64,000 nt of DNA from an uncultured Rikenellaceae bacterium (GTDB taxonomy: Bacteria > Bacteroidota > Bacteroidia > Bacteroidales > VadinHA17): NCBI GenBank assembly GCA_963802145.1, contig CAWDHN010000005.1, positions 188,023-252,022 on the forward strand, read 5' to 3'. This document shows positions 1 to 8,056 of the stretch, piece after piece. Position numbers and translations under genes: made by a program. A model generated the notes under the pieces. That model made no database searches. It had not been told where the DNA came from and worked only from the letters and a program-made list of their open reading frames with translations. Positions within the stretch are counted from its first letter, which is position 1, and the number at the start of each line of letters is the position of its first letter.

Positions 1-141
1 GACACCGGAGATAAGATCAAGGTAATCCCTGCCGTCACTGTCATACAGGAACGAGCCCTCGGCCCTCTCGATCTCAAGCATAAGGGGTGTTGGAGAGGTT
101 TTTCCGAGATGATCAAGGAAGAGCTGCCTCAGCGACGGCAT
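1..141 (-). CDS. Class III PLP-dependent aminotransferase (ArgD/ornithine aminotransferase-like), N-terminal part; runs off the window
   Basis: Manual translation from the ATG at 141: MPSLRQLFLDHLGKTSPTPLMLEIERAEGSFLYDSDGRDYLDLISGV. The 'ERAEGSFLYD.DGR.YLD..SG' segment is the class III N-terminal motif. The start directly follows the LytTR stop codon. Confidence 0.85.
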   Translation of the reverse strand, partial: MPSLRQLFLDHLGKTSPTPLMLEIERAEGSFLYDSDGRDYLDLISGV

Positions 142-852
142 CTAACGCGTCATTATGTTGATATAGTTCATTATCCCGTCACGGTACGATTTTCCGACGG
201 GCAGGATCTTGGGGTTGCTTCCAACGAAGATGGTCAGGCTGTTCTCACTTATAGACCTGATCACGCTCTTGTTAACGAGGTACGACCGGTGTATCCTCAC
301 GAAGAGGCCCGATGGAAGCTGCTGCTCTATGGCCCTCATGGTGAAGTGAATGGTATACTTCTCGTCGCGCGTGATTACACTGACATAGTTTTCCAGTGCC
401 TCTACATAGAGTATCTCCTTGAGCTTGAGGCGGACGAGTGATGATGCCTTCTTGATGAAGATCTCCTCCTCGCCCACGGCTGATGGTGCCTGGCGGGGAG
501 CATAGTATTTCATGATCTTCTCAACGGCCCTGCAGAAGCGGGGATAGGTGATTGGTTTGAGAAGATAATCGATGCCGTTGTAGTTGAAAGCCTTGTATGC
601 ATGCTCCTCGCTCCCTGATACAAATATTATAAGGGGAGGATTCTCAAGGCTTGAAAGGAAATCAAAACCGTCCATCTCCGGCATCTGGATGTCGAGGAAT
701 ATCAGCTCTATGTCCCTGCGTGACATCAGGAGGTTCCGGGCCGACAGTGACTCGGTGAAGCTTCCGATCAGGGAGAGGGATGCCGATTTGCCCACGAACT
801 CCTCAAGGGTTCTGAGCCAGACGGGGTCATCATCAACGATAATGCAATTCAT
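142..852 (-). CDS. LytTR-family response regulator (receiver + LytTR DNA-binding domain)
   Basis: Receiver motifs CIIVDDD, FLDIQMP and DYLLKP, plus the C-terminal FVRIHRSYLVN LytTR motif. Start placed at MNCII (852) rather than the longer ORF start at 891. Confidence 0.93.
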   Translation of the reverse strand: MNCIIVDDDPVWLRTLEEFVGKSASLSLIGSFTESLSARNLLMSRRDIELIFLDIQMPEMDGFDFLSSLENPPLIIFVSGSEEHAYKAFNYNGIDYLLKPITYPRFCRAVEKIMKYYAPRQAPSAVGEEEIFIKKASSLVRLKLKEILYVEALENYVSVITRDEKYTIHFTMRAIEQQLPSGLFVRIHRSYLVNKSVIRSISENSLTIFVGSNPKILPVGKSYRDGIMNYINIMTR

Positions 853-888
853 TACGGGCCTTTGCGGTTGCGTTAAAAGCGTGGTTAA

Positions 889-896
889 CAAATATA
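889..896 (-). promoter_or_regulatory. Bacteroidota sigma70 -7 element (TATATTTG) for the LytTR gene
   Basis: Exact TAnnTTTG match on the minus strand about 37 nt upstream of the start codon. Confidence 0.55.
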
Positions 897-952
897 CTAA
901 AAATAATAAGAATCAAAAACCGGCCTGAAATTTCAAATTCACAAAAAAATAA

Positions 953-971
953 ATGCCGTGCGTGACGGCAT
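953..971 (-). terminator. Second intrinsic terminator-like hairpin downstream of HU
   Basis: ATGCCGT-gcgtg-ACGGCAT stem-loop followed by a T-rich tract on the minus strand. Confidence 0.55.
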
Positions 972-990
972 CTGTTTTTACAAATAAAAA

Positions 991-1010
991 AGGGGTGCTG
1001 GTGCACCCCT
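991..1010 (-). terminator. Intrinsic terminator of HU
   Basis: AGGGGTGC-tggt-GCACCCCT 8-bp stem followed by TTTTT on the minus strand, 7 nt after the HU stop. Confidence 0.75.
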
Positions 1011-1017
1011 GAGACTT

Positions 1018-1290
1018 TTACTTCAGACCTTTTGTAAGAGCCGGAGCAGCTTTGAATTTAACGACCTTTTTGGCCGGTACATTCAGTTTGGCACCTGTGC
1101 GCGGGTTGCGGACTACTCTTGCGCTTCTCTTCTCAACTTTGAAAGTACCCATTGAGGGGAGCTGGAGCCTCTGGCCTTTTTTCATGGCGTCACCAAATGA
1201 ACCTACGAAAGCGTTCAAAGCGATGTTAGCATCTTTAAGTGAAAGACCTGCTTTTTTTGCAATGCTGCCTACTAATTCTTTTTTTGTCAT
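1018..1290 (-). CDS. hup: Histone-like DNA-binding protein HU
   Basis: MTKKELV...GTFKVEKRSARVVRNPRTGAKLNVPAKKVVKFKAAPAL is the canonical HU/IHF signature; 90 aa from the ATG at 1290. Confidence 0.95.
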   Translation of the reverse strand: MTKKELVGSIAKKAGLSLKDANIALNAFVGSFGDAMKKGQRLQLPSMGTFKVEKRSARVVRNPRTGAKLNVPAKKVVKFKAAPALTKGLK

Positions 1291-1333
1291 AGTAAATACA
1301 ATTTTAGGGTTAGACGAAATCTCTAATTGCATA

Positions 1334-1341
1334 CAAATTTA
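1334..1341 (-). promoter_or_regulatory. Bacteroidota -7 element (TAAATTTG) for hup
   Basis: TAnnTTTG match on the minus strand upstream of the HU start. Confidence 0.55.
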
Positions 1342-1560
1342 TTTCATTCTTTTTCAAATGCAAGTGTTTTGACTCTTTTTTACGCTGAGATGCCGATTTT
1401 TATTAGAAATGAGCGTTTCAAGGGGCAAAAAAGCCTTAATTTGTGACATAAGCCGCATTCGTACCGCTGTCAAAGGCCCATCCACGGGGAACTTCAGACG
1501 TGTGAAAAAAAGGTAAAAAGCCATAATTTCGCGCTTCAGGGAGGGAATACAAAAAAACAT

Positions 1561-1568
1561 TATATTTG
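1561..1568 (+). promoter_or_regulatory. Bacteroidota -7 element (TATATTTG) for tRNA-Ser
   Basis: Exact TAnnTTTG match about 77 nt upstream of the tRNA. Confidence 0.6.
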
Positions 1569-1644
1569 CACCCGCTGACTATTTTGGTGGCGACTCCTTA
1601 GAGGACTTCGGTGTTTTGGGGGCCGGCAGCCGGGAAGTGTCAGG

Positions 1645-1731
1645 GGAGAAATGGCAGAGTGGTCGATTGCGGCGGTCTTGAAAACCGTTGTCCGGGCGAC
1701 TGGACCGGGGGTTCGAATCCCTCTTTCTCCG
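1645..1731 (+). tRNA. tRNA-Ser (anticodon TGA)
   Basis: Acceptor stem GGAGAAA/TTTCTCC, D-loop GGCAGAGTGGTCGA, anticodon loop CTTGAAA, long variable arm (GTCCGGGCGACTGGAC), T-loop GGTTCGAATCC and discriminator G. CCA is not encoded. Confidence 0.97.
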
Positions 1732-1745
1732 CAGACCATAGCACT

Positions 1746-1776
1746 CCTGTTCCGTGAATGACGGAACAGGTTTTTT
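1746..1776 (+). terminator. Intrinsic terminator after tRNA-Ser
   Basis: CCTGTTCCGT-gaatg-ACGGAACAGG 10-bp stem followed by TTTTTT. Confidence 0.85.
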
Positions 1777-1850
1777 ATTTTACGGCATTCCGAACCGGGC
1801 TTGCCCGGGTGAGGGGTGACGGAAAATAAAAAGAGACTCATGCACCGGGG

Positions 1851-2082
1851 TGCATGAGTAAGTGCTATGGTCTGCAGGTTCCCCTGCAAGGGATCTCGAG
1901 CGAATGAAATGAGCGAGTAATCCCTCACAAGTCCCGAAGGGGCATTTAAGCTCTGAAGGTCCCCCGGTAAGGGATCACCGAAGGTAATCCCTCCTTGACA
2001 CCCCGCTGCATGAGTGAGTGCTATGGTCTGCAGGTTCCCCTGCAAGGGATCTCGAGCGAATGAAATGAGCGAGTAATCCCTC
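1851..2082. repeat. Two 76-bp direct repeats (1851-1926, 2007-2082; one mismatch) rich in hairpins, with a related third hairpin between them
   Basis: The unit TGCATGAGT(A/G)AGTGCTATGGTCTGCAGGTTCCCCTGCAAGGGATCTCGAGCGAATGAAATGAGCGAGTAATCCCTC is seen twice. AGGGATCACCGAAGGTAATCCCT lies between the copies. Confidence 0.9.
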
Positions 2083-2227
2083 CGCCCCTATAAGATTGCT
2101 CATGAGGAGAAGAAAGGTGTGCAGCCACATGAAAAATAATTCCGTGAAAAGACTAACACTGAATTCAAAATGTCAATAATTTTACCCACCCTTAATAGTA
2201 TATGTCTACTCTTAAAACCCCTGATTT

Positions 2228-3661
2228 ATGACCCCCCTGATCAAAGCGTTCCTCATTAAGAACGGTAAGCGGCTGCTTTTGATGGCCTTCATCCTTGTTG
2301 CCCCGGTTTATCTTTTTGCTGCGGGAGGTGAGATGCCTTCCATCGGACCTGTTCGTGTTGAATTTATCATATTCGGACTGATCCTTCTGGGAGTGGCACT
2401 ATTCCACAAACAGACATTCTGGGTGGCTGTAATAGGATTAACGGTGCTGCTGACATTCAAGCTCATTGTTGATCCCGGGTTTAACCTCCTTGAACATTTC
2501 TTTGGCACCACTCCCATGGGCGAACAGATAATGGATAAGGACTTACGGCAGGGTGAATGGGGAATCATCCTGAACCTGCTGGGATTACTGCTTGGATTTG
2601 CAGTACTTTCGAAAATTTTCGAAGAATCCGGGGTGCCTGACGTACTCCCTAAGTACCTGCCGGATGACTGGAAAGGTCCTTTCCTGCTGCTCATTTTCGT
2701 TTTCATACTGTCATCATTTCTTGACAATATAGCTGCCGCACTGATTGGCGGCACAATTGCACTTGTTGTTTTTAAAAACCGGGTGCATATCGGCTATATT
2801 GCTGCAATGGTGGCAGCAAGCAACGCAGGAGGATCAGGAAGCGTGGTTGGAGATACCACCACCACAATGATGTGGATTGACGGTGTCGCCGCATTCAATG
2901 TTCTCCATGCATATGTCGCGGCAGTTGTGGCTCTGCTCTTCTTTTCATGGTTTGCAGCTCACCAGCAGGACAAATATCAGCCGATCCAGAGGGATGCCGA
3001 TCCGAATGTGAAAATTGACTGGGTAAAATTATTCAGTGTGGCCCTGATCCTGGCAGGTGCCATCATTTCCAATATTCTCTATGATATGCCTGCATTGGGG
3101 GTCTGGATTGCCATCGTCATCGGCGCCTTCCTTCGCAAAATGCCTTGGAAAGAAGTTCCCGGGGCCCTCAAGGGGACCATCTTCCTGCTCAGCCTCGTCA
3201 CATGCGCCTCAATGATGCCTGTTGAAGAACTTCCGGGTGCCTCCTGGGTTACCGCATTCTCCCTGGGATTCCTTTCAGCTGTATTTGATAACATCCCATT
3301 GACCAAGCTATGCCTGGAGCAGGGACATTTTGACTGGGGCATGCTTGCATACACTGTCGGTTTCGGCGGATCAATGATCTGGTTCGGATCATCAGCCGGT
3401 GTGGCCATAACCAACAAATTCCCCGAGGCCCGCAATGTGGTCCTATGGGTAAAAAAAGGATGGTATGTCGCCGTGGCCTATGTCATTGGCTTCTTCGCGC
3501 TTTTACTGATCATGGGTTGGGAACCTGCTGATACCGGCAGGCATAAAATCGAGAACTGCCCGGTTCCGGGTTGCCCGGCTGCCGGGAATACCGAGACAGG
3601 AAAACCGGAGGCAGAACGGGAACCCGCATCAATAAGTTTCCCTGGGGAAGGACAATATTGA
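2228..3661 (+). CDS. ArsB/NhaD (ion transporter superfamily) permease
   Basis: Polytopic hydrophobic protein with the motifs SSFLDNIAAAL, ASNAGGSGSVVGDTTT, SAVFDNIPLT and GFGGSMIWFGSSAGVA, typical of NhaD/CitMHS-type permeases. Confidence 0.8.
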   Translation: MTPLIKAFLIKNGKRLLLMAFILVAPVYLFAAGGEMPSIGPVRVEFIIFGLILLGVALFHKQTFWVAVIGLTVLLTFKLIVDPGFNLLEHFFGTTPMGEQIMDKDLRQGEWGIILNLLGLLLGFAVLSKIFEESGVPDVLPKYLPDDWKGPFLLLIFVFILSSFLDNIAAALIGGTIALVVFKNRVHIGYIAAMVAASNAGGSGSVVGDTTTTMMWIDGVAAFNVLHAYVAAVVALLFFSWFAAHQQDKYQPIQRDADPNVKIDWVKLFSVALILAGAIISNILYDMPALGVWIAIVIGAFLRKMPWKEVPGALKGTIFLLSLVTCASMMPVEELPGASWVTAFSLGFLSAVFDNIPLTKLCLEQGHFDWGMLAYTVGFGGSMIWFGSSAGVAITNKFPEARNVVLWVKKGWYVAVAYVIGFFALLLIMGWEPADTGRHKIENCPVPGCPAAGNTETGKPEAEREPASISFPGEGQY

Positions 3662-4160
3662 CTTTTTCAACCTCGCAGAGGAGATGCTTCGCCCTCTCCT
3701 GCCTATCACAGACTTGAATCCGGCTGTTGAGCTTTTCCGGCGTTGACCGCAATGCCAGCCTTTCGCTTAATGCCAATTGGGAAATGACCCATGCCATGAA
3801 CATTAATAATTGCCTGGACACTGAGACAAGACTATTATGAAAAGCCCCACTCAGAAAGATAAAAGGCCAGCAGAAACAGCATGTTATTCAGATAACAGAA
3901 GAGAGTCCATTTCGCTCAGAAGTCGTTTTACTTTTATTCCCTGTAGAGATAATTTCACTCCGATTTTGAGTATCATAAACTCTACTTTATATCTACATAC
4001 CTAATATAATTGGCTTTACTACCTCTACATTAATATCATTTCCCCTTTTCTATATAGTTATTATTCAATTATCTATGTATTTCATATAACTCTACATAAT
4101 AGTAGTTACAATTCTATCTAAACTATATGAAAATAAAAACCCTCTGTTAAGTATATGGTT

Positions 4161-4168
4161 TATATTTG
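4161..4168 (+). promoter_or_regulatory. Bacteroidota -7 element (TATATTTG) for the phosphate locus
   Basis: Exact TAnnTTTG match 24 nt upstream of the DUF47 ATG. Confidence 0.6.
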
Positions 4169-4192
4169 AAGGCTAAATAATAAGGTTTTGCA

Positions 4193-4840
4193 ATGGCTTT
4201 ATTCAAGAATGCAAACAAGGTCGTCGATACTATTGAAAGATTTTTCAATACTATTGATCAGGGAGTTCTGGTTTTCAAGGAGGGGGTCAGCAACTATCTG
4301 CACGGCAATCAGGAAGCGTTTACAAACAATATTGCCAGCCTGGCAAAGCTTGAAGCAGAGGCTGACACTCTGAGGCGTGACATAGAGAACAAACTCTACA
4401 CTCATTCCCTGATGCCCCAGGTCAGAGGTGATATGTTAAGGCTTCTTGAGGAGATGGACAATATAATTGATACGGCAAAAAAGAATCTCTTTCAGTTTGA
4501 TGTTGAGACACCGAAGATCCCGGCAGAGCTTAATCAGGACCTGATACTCCTCACTGACATGTGTGTCTCATCGGTGGCTTCTGTAATCCCTGCCGCGAGA
4601 GCCTACTTCAGGTCGCCCGAGACGGTTAAGGATCAGATACACAGGGTCTATTTTTACGAGAAGGAAGCCGATAAGCTTGCAGAGGGAATTAAAAGAAAAG
4701 TGTTCAGGCAGATGCCGGGACTGAGATTAAGCGAGAAGTTTCATCTGAGGTACTTCACCCTTCACATCGAGACGGTTTCTGATACGGCTGAAAAGGTTGC
4801 AGATCTGCTTTCAATTATGGCTATAAAAAGAACTATATAA
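4193..4840 (+). CDS. DUF47 / PhoU-like Pit accessory protein (TIGR00153-like)
   Basis: 215-aa helical protein with LEAEADTLRRDIENKLY and YEKEADKL repeats. It lies immediately upstream of a PiT transporter, the usual DUF47-pit arrangement. Confidence 0.88.
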   Translation: MALFKNANKVVDTIERFFNTIDQGVLVFKEGVSNYLHGNQEAFTNNIASLAKLEAEADTLRRDIENKLYTHSLMPQVRGDMLRLLEEMDNIIDTAKKNLFQFDVETPKIPAELNQDLILLTDMCVSSVASVIPAARAYFRSPETVKDQIHRVYFYEKEADKLAEGIKRKVFRQMPGLRLSEKFHLRYFTLHIETVSDTAEKVADLLSIMAIKRTI

Positions 4841-4848
4841 GATAACAG

Positions 4849-6603
4849 GTGTTTTTCCTCTTTCTTACCAGCGGACTTTTTCTGGGGTGGTCATTGGGTG
4901 CCAATGATGCCGCCAATATATTTGGCACGGCGGTAGGGTCAAAAATGATCAGCTTCAAAAGGGCCGCTATAATTGCAAGTATTTTTGTCATTATAGGCGC
5001 AACTGCCCAGGGAAGCGGCACAACAACAACTCTCAGCAAACTCGGGTCTGTGGACGCCCTCGCCGGAGCCTTTACCGTGGCGCTGTCAGCAGCCATTGTG
5101 ATTTTTACCATGACCAAATACCTGATCCCGGTCTCAACCACACAGGCGATCGTGGGTGCTATAATAGGGTGGAATTTCTTTACCGGGCACAAAACAGATG
5201 CCGGCCTCCTTAGCACAATAGTTACCACATGGATTGCGGGACCATTGCTTGGGGTAGCTTTTTCAGCGGTATTGTATATTCTTTTCCGAAAGCTTCTTAT
5301 GCGTCTGCAGGTTCACCTGCTGATTCTTGATGCCTACATCAAATGGGGATTGATTATTGTCGGAGCCTTCGGGGCTTACAGCCTCGGGGCAAATAATATT
5401 GCCAATGTAATGGGTGTTTTCGTCGGCTCAGCTCCAGATATCATCATTGATCTGGGGCTCTTTACACTGGACGGTCCCCAGGTATTGTTTCTCCTCGGAG
5501 GAATTGCAATTGCCATAGGCATTATGACATACAGCAAGAACCTTATGATTGAGGTTGGCAACGGAATAATGGCTCTTACAGCCGAAGCTGCAATAGTTGT
5601 TGTACTTTCCCAGGCGATAGTTCTTTTCCTGTTCTCTTCAACCTCATTTTCGAACCTGCTGGCTGGCATAGGCCTGCCTCGCATCCCCCTCGTTCCTGTA
5701 TCCTCCTCCCAGGTTATCGTAGGTTCGATAATCGGAATAGGACTGGTTAAGGGTGTTAATGAAATAAAATTCAGTACCATAAGGGGAATTGCCGGTGGCT
5801 GGGTTCTGACACCTGTACTTGCAGGCCTGCTCTCATTTTTTGCCCTTTTCTTTGTAAAGAATATTTTCGGACTAAACGTGGGAAGTGAAGTAAAAAGCAG
5901 CAATGCCGTTCAGGAGGTCCCTGCAGGGATTATCGAAACTTTGCCTGAAACAGGCAGGTACATTAATTTGATATGGCCGGGAATTTCAGTGCTGGTACTT
6001 GTGGTTTTCGCCGCAGTTATCATTTATTCCCTTAACCAGCAAAAAAGAAGGCTTGCAGTAGAAAAGGAACTCCTGGAAAAAGAAAAGGAATACAACAATA
6101 CCCAGAAGGCTCTTACCGATGCAGAGATTAAAGCAATTCACCTCGAGAACTCTTTCCTTCACAGTGAAATAGAAGCAAAGCGTAAGGAACTTATTGAGTA
6201 TGCACTCAGCATCGTGGAGCAGAAGGAGTATTTTGAAAAGATCAGTGGTGACCTCAGATCTCTGCTTGATGACAGGAAACCGGAGGTCAGGGATGAAAAA
6301 ATCAGGAAGCTGGAGGTGAATATAAGGCAAAGAATGAGCTTTGACGACAAGGTCGAGGATTTCAACCTCCGCACTGAAAAAATGCACAGGGATTTTATCG
6401 GCAGGCTTACGCAGTTGTTCCCGGATCTTTCGTCAAATGAGAAGAAACTTGCGGTATTTCTCAGGCTGGGCATTTCATCGAAAGAGATAGCCACCCTGTT
6501 GAACATCTCGCCCAAAAGTGTGGAGATCAACAGGTACAGATTAAGAAAAAAACTTGGACTTGGCAAGGGAGCCAACCTTATTCAGTTTATAAACAACATC
6601 TAA
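4849..6603 (+). CDS. Inorganic phosphate transporter (PiT/PHO4) fused to a C-terminal LuxR-type HTH regulator
   Basis: GTG start. PiT signatures GANDAAN (aa 17-23) and GANNIAN (aa 180-186), PVSTTQAIVG and PVSSSQVIVG. An extra TM helix at aa ~372-395 is followed by a coiled coil and the LuxR HTH LSSNEKKLAVFLRLGISSKEIATLLNISPKSVEINRYRLRKKL (aa ~525-572). Confidence 0.88.
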   Translation: MFFLFLTSGLFLGWSLGANDAANIFGTAVGSKMISFKRAAIIASIFVIIGATAQGSGTTTTLSKLGSVDALAGAFTVALSAAIVIFTMTKYLIPVSTTQAIVGAIIGWNFFTGHKTDAGLLSTIVTTWIAGPLLGVAFSAVLYILFRKLLMRLQVHLLILDAYIKWGLIIVGAFGAYSLGANNIANVMGVFVGSAPDIIIDLGLFTLDGPQVLFLLGGIAIAIGIMTYSKNLMIEVGNGIMALTAEAAIVVVLSQAIVLFLFSSTSFSNLLAGIGLPRIPLVPVSSSQVIVGSIIGIGLVKGVNEIKFSTIRGIAGGWVLTPVLAGLLSFFALFFVKNIFGLNVGSEVKSSNAVQEVPAGIIETLPETGRYINLIWPGISVLVLVVFAAVIIYSLNQQKRRLAVEKELLEKEKEYNNTQKALTDAEIKAIHLENSFLHSEIEAKRKELIEYALSIVEQKEYFEKISGDLRSLLDDRKPEVRDEKIRKLEVNIRQRMSFDDKVEDFNLRTEKMHRDFIGRLTQLFPDLSSNEKKLAVFLRLGISSKEIATLLNISPKSVEINRYRLRKKLGLGKGANLIQFINNI

Positions 6604-6613
6604 TCAATTAATT

Positions 6614-8002
6614 ATGAAAAAACCACAACTATTAAGTTTCATGCTGCTGGTCGTTTTTATGATAACCACCGGCGGTGCAGTAATGGCACAGGATCCTGAT
6701 TCTGTACGTTACAACCAGTATGGCGTGCCCGTAAATCGGACAAAGCTGAACGTAGAATTACGAGGCGGATCACTTGTCTTTGAAACAGATGACCAGTCGA
6801 CAAGGATATGGACAGATGTCCGTGTTCAGGCTGACGGTGCAGTATTTTTCGGCGAGCCTCTGAATCCGATAGGGAACGGTACATCTATCCGCAGGGCCCG
6901 TTTTGGGATCAAGACCTACTTCCTGAACCATTGGTACGGTGAGTTTGATATGGATATTTCAAACTCAGAGCTTGAGGTCAAGGATGCCTATCTCGAGTAC
7001 AACTTCAAGAAGTACTCTGAAAACGGTGGTCTTCAACTGAGGGTTGGGAACTTCAAGGAGCCATTCTCACTTGAGATGAATACCACTTCAAGGTATCTGA
7101 CCTTTATCGAGAGAGCCAATGTGGTCGCTATTTTTGCACCTTCCCGCCATATCGGGACGATGGCTTCTTACCAGAAAAACTGGTTCGTAGGTTATGCCGG
7201 CATTCATTTCCAGGATATTGGCGGTCTTGAGGAGAGAACATTCTCCGAGGATAACAATAAAGACTACGGGATGGATGAGGGCTATTCATTCACGGGCAGG
7301 ATGGCGCTAATGCCCTTCTACAACAATCCTGATTACGGAATCCATCTTGGCGCTGCGGCCTCCTACCGCACTCCCACCACTGAACAGGAGATCCCCGGCA
7401 CTATAAGATACAGCACCAGGTCTCTGACATCGATCAACAGAAAGAAATATATTGATTCTGATGATATTGCAAATGTTGATCATGCACTTCTGGGTGGACT
7501 TGAGTTCGCTGCCTATTACAAGGGACTAAGGTTTCAGGGTGAATATATAATGAACAATGTGACAATAAAGAATGACGGAGGAACTGAAAAATTCAGCGGA
7601 TTTTATGTTTTTGGAAGCTGGATTCTCTTCGGAGGGAAGCATCAGTACAACACTAACGACGGCGAGTTCACACAGGTCGGCAGAGGAAAAAAATGGGGCG
7701 ATATTGAACTTGCATTCAGATACGACTACCTCACTCTCAACAGCAGAATGGAAGGCATCATGGGCGGCGCAGGCGATGGGTACACCTTCGGAATAAACTA
7801 TCATGCCAATGACAATGTCAAGATAATGTTAAACTATGCTTTGCTTAATCATGACAGGTATGCGAATGGCAGAGGAAAACTCTTTGTTGGTCACGACATT
7901 GACGGCAACCTGACAAAGAATCCCGCAACAGTAGTTGATGACGCAGGTACTGCCGGTAATGATTACAGTTTCCTGGGCGTGCGGTTTGAGGTCGATTTCT
8001 AG
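6614..8002 (+). CDS. Phosphate-selective porin, OprO/OprP family
   Basis: Signal peptide, the motifs IRRARFG, VKDAYL and GNFKEPFSLE..T.SRYLTFIER, alternating beta-strand patterns and a C-terminal Phe (RFEVDF). Confidence 0.85.
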   Translation: MKKPQLLSFMLLVVFMITTGGAVMAQDPDSVRYNQYGVPVNRTKLNVELRGGSLVFETDDQSTRIWTDVRVQADGAVFFGEPLNPIGNGTSIRRARFGIKTYFLNHWYGEFDMDISNSELEVKDAYLEYNFKKYSENGGLQLRVGNFKEPFSLEMNTTSRYLTFIERANVVAIFAPSRHIGTMASYQKNWFVGYAGIHFQDIGGLEERTFSEDNNKDYGMDEGYSFTGRMALMPFYNNPDYGIHLGAAASYRTPTTEQEIPGTIRYSTRSLTSINRKKYIDSDDIANVDHALLGGLEFAAYYKGLRFQGEYIMNNVTIKNDGGTEKFSGFYVFGSWILFGGKHQYNTNDGEFTQVGRGKKWGDIELAFRYDYLTLNSRMEGIMGGAGDGYTFGINYHANDNVKIMLNYALLNHDRYANGRGKLFVGHDIDGNLTKNPATVVDDAGTAGNDYSFLGVRFEVDF

Positions 8003-8056
8003 CATTCATTGCGCAAATAGCTGAGTAACATCAAAAATTTAAAAATCAATAGCGAT

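Noticed and set aside
924-944. TTCACAA half-site as a Rex operator
   Set aside because: Only one half of the palindrome matches, and the neighbouring genes (LytTR, HU) are not typical Rex targets.
1560-2045. 161-aa ORF on the minus strand
   Set aside because: It is antisense to tRNA-Ser, and its internal duplication only reflects the 76-bp repeats.
3884-3976. 30-aa ORF MILKIGVKLSLQGIKVKRLLSEMDSLLLSE on the minus strand
   Set aside because: Short, no recognisable motif and no supporting promoter seen; such ORFs are expected by chance.
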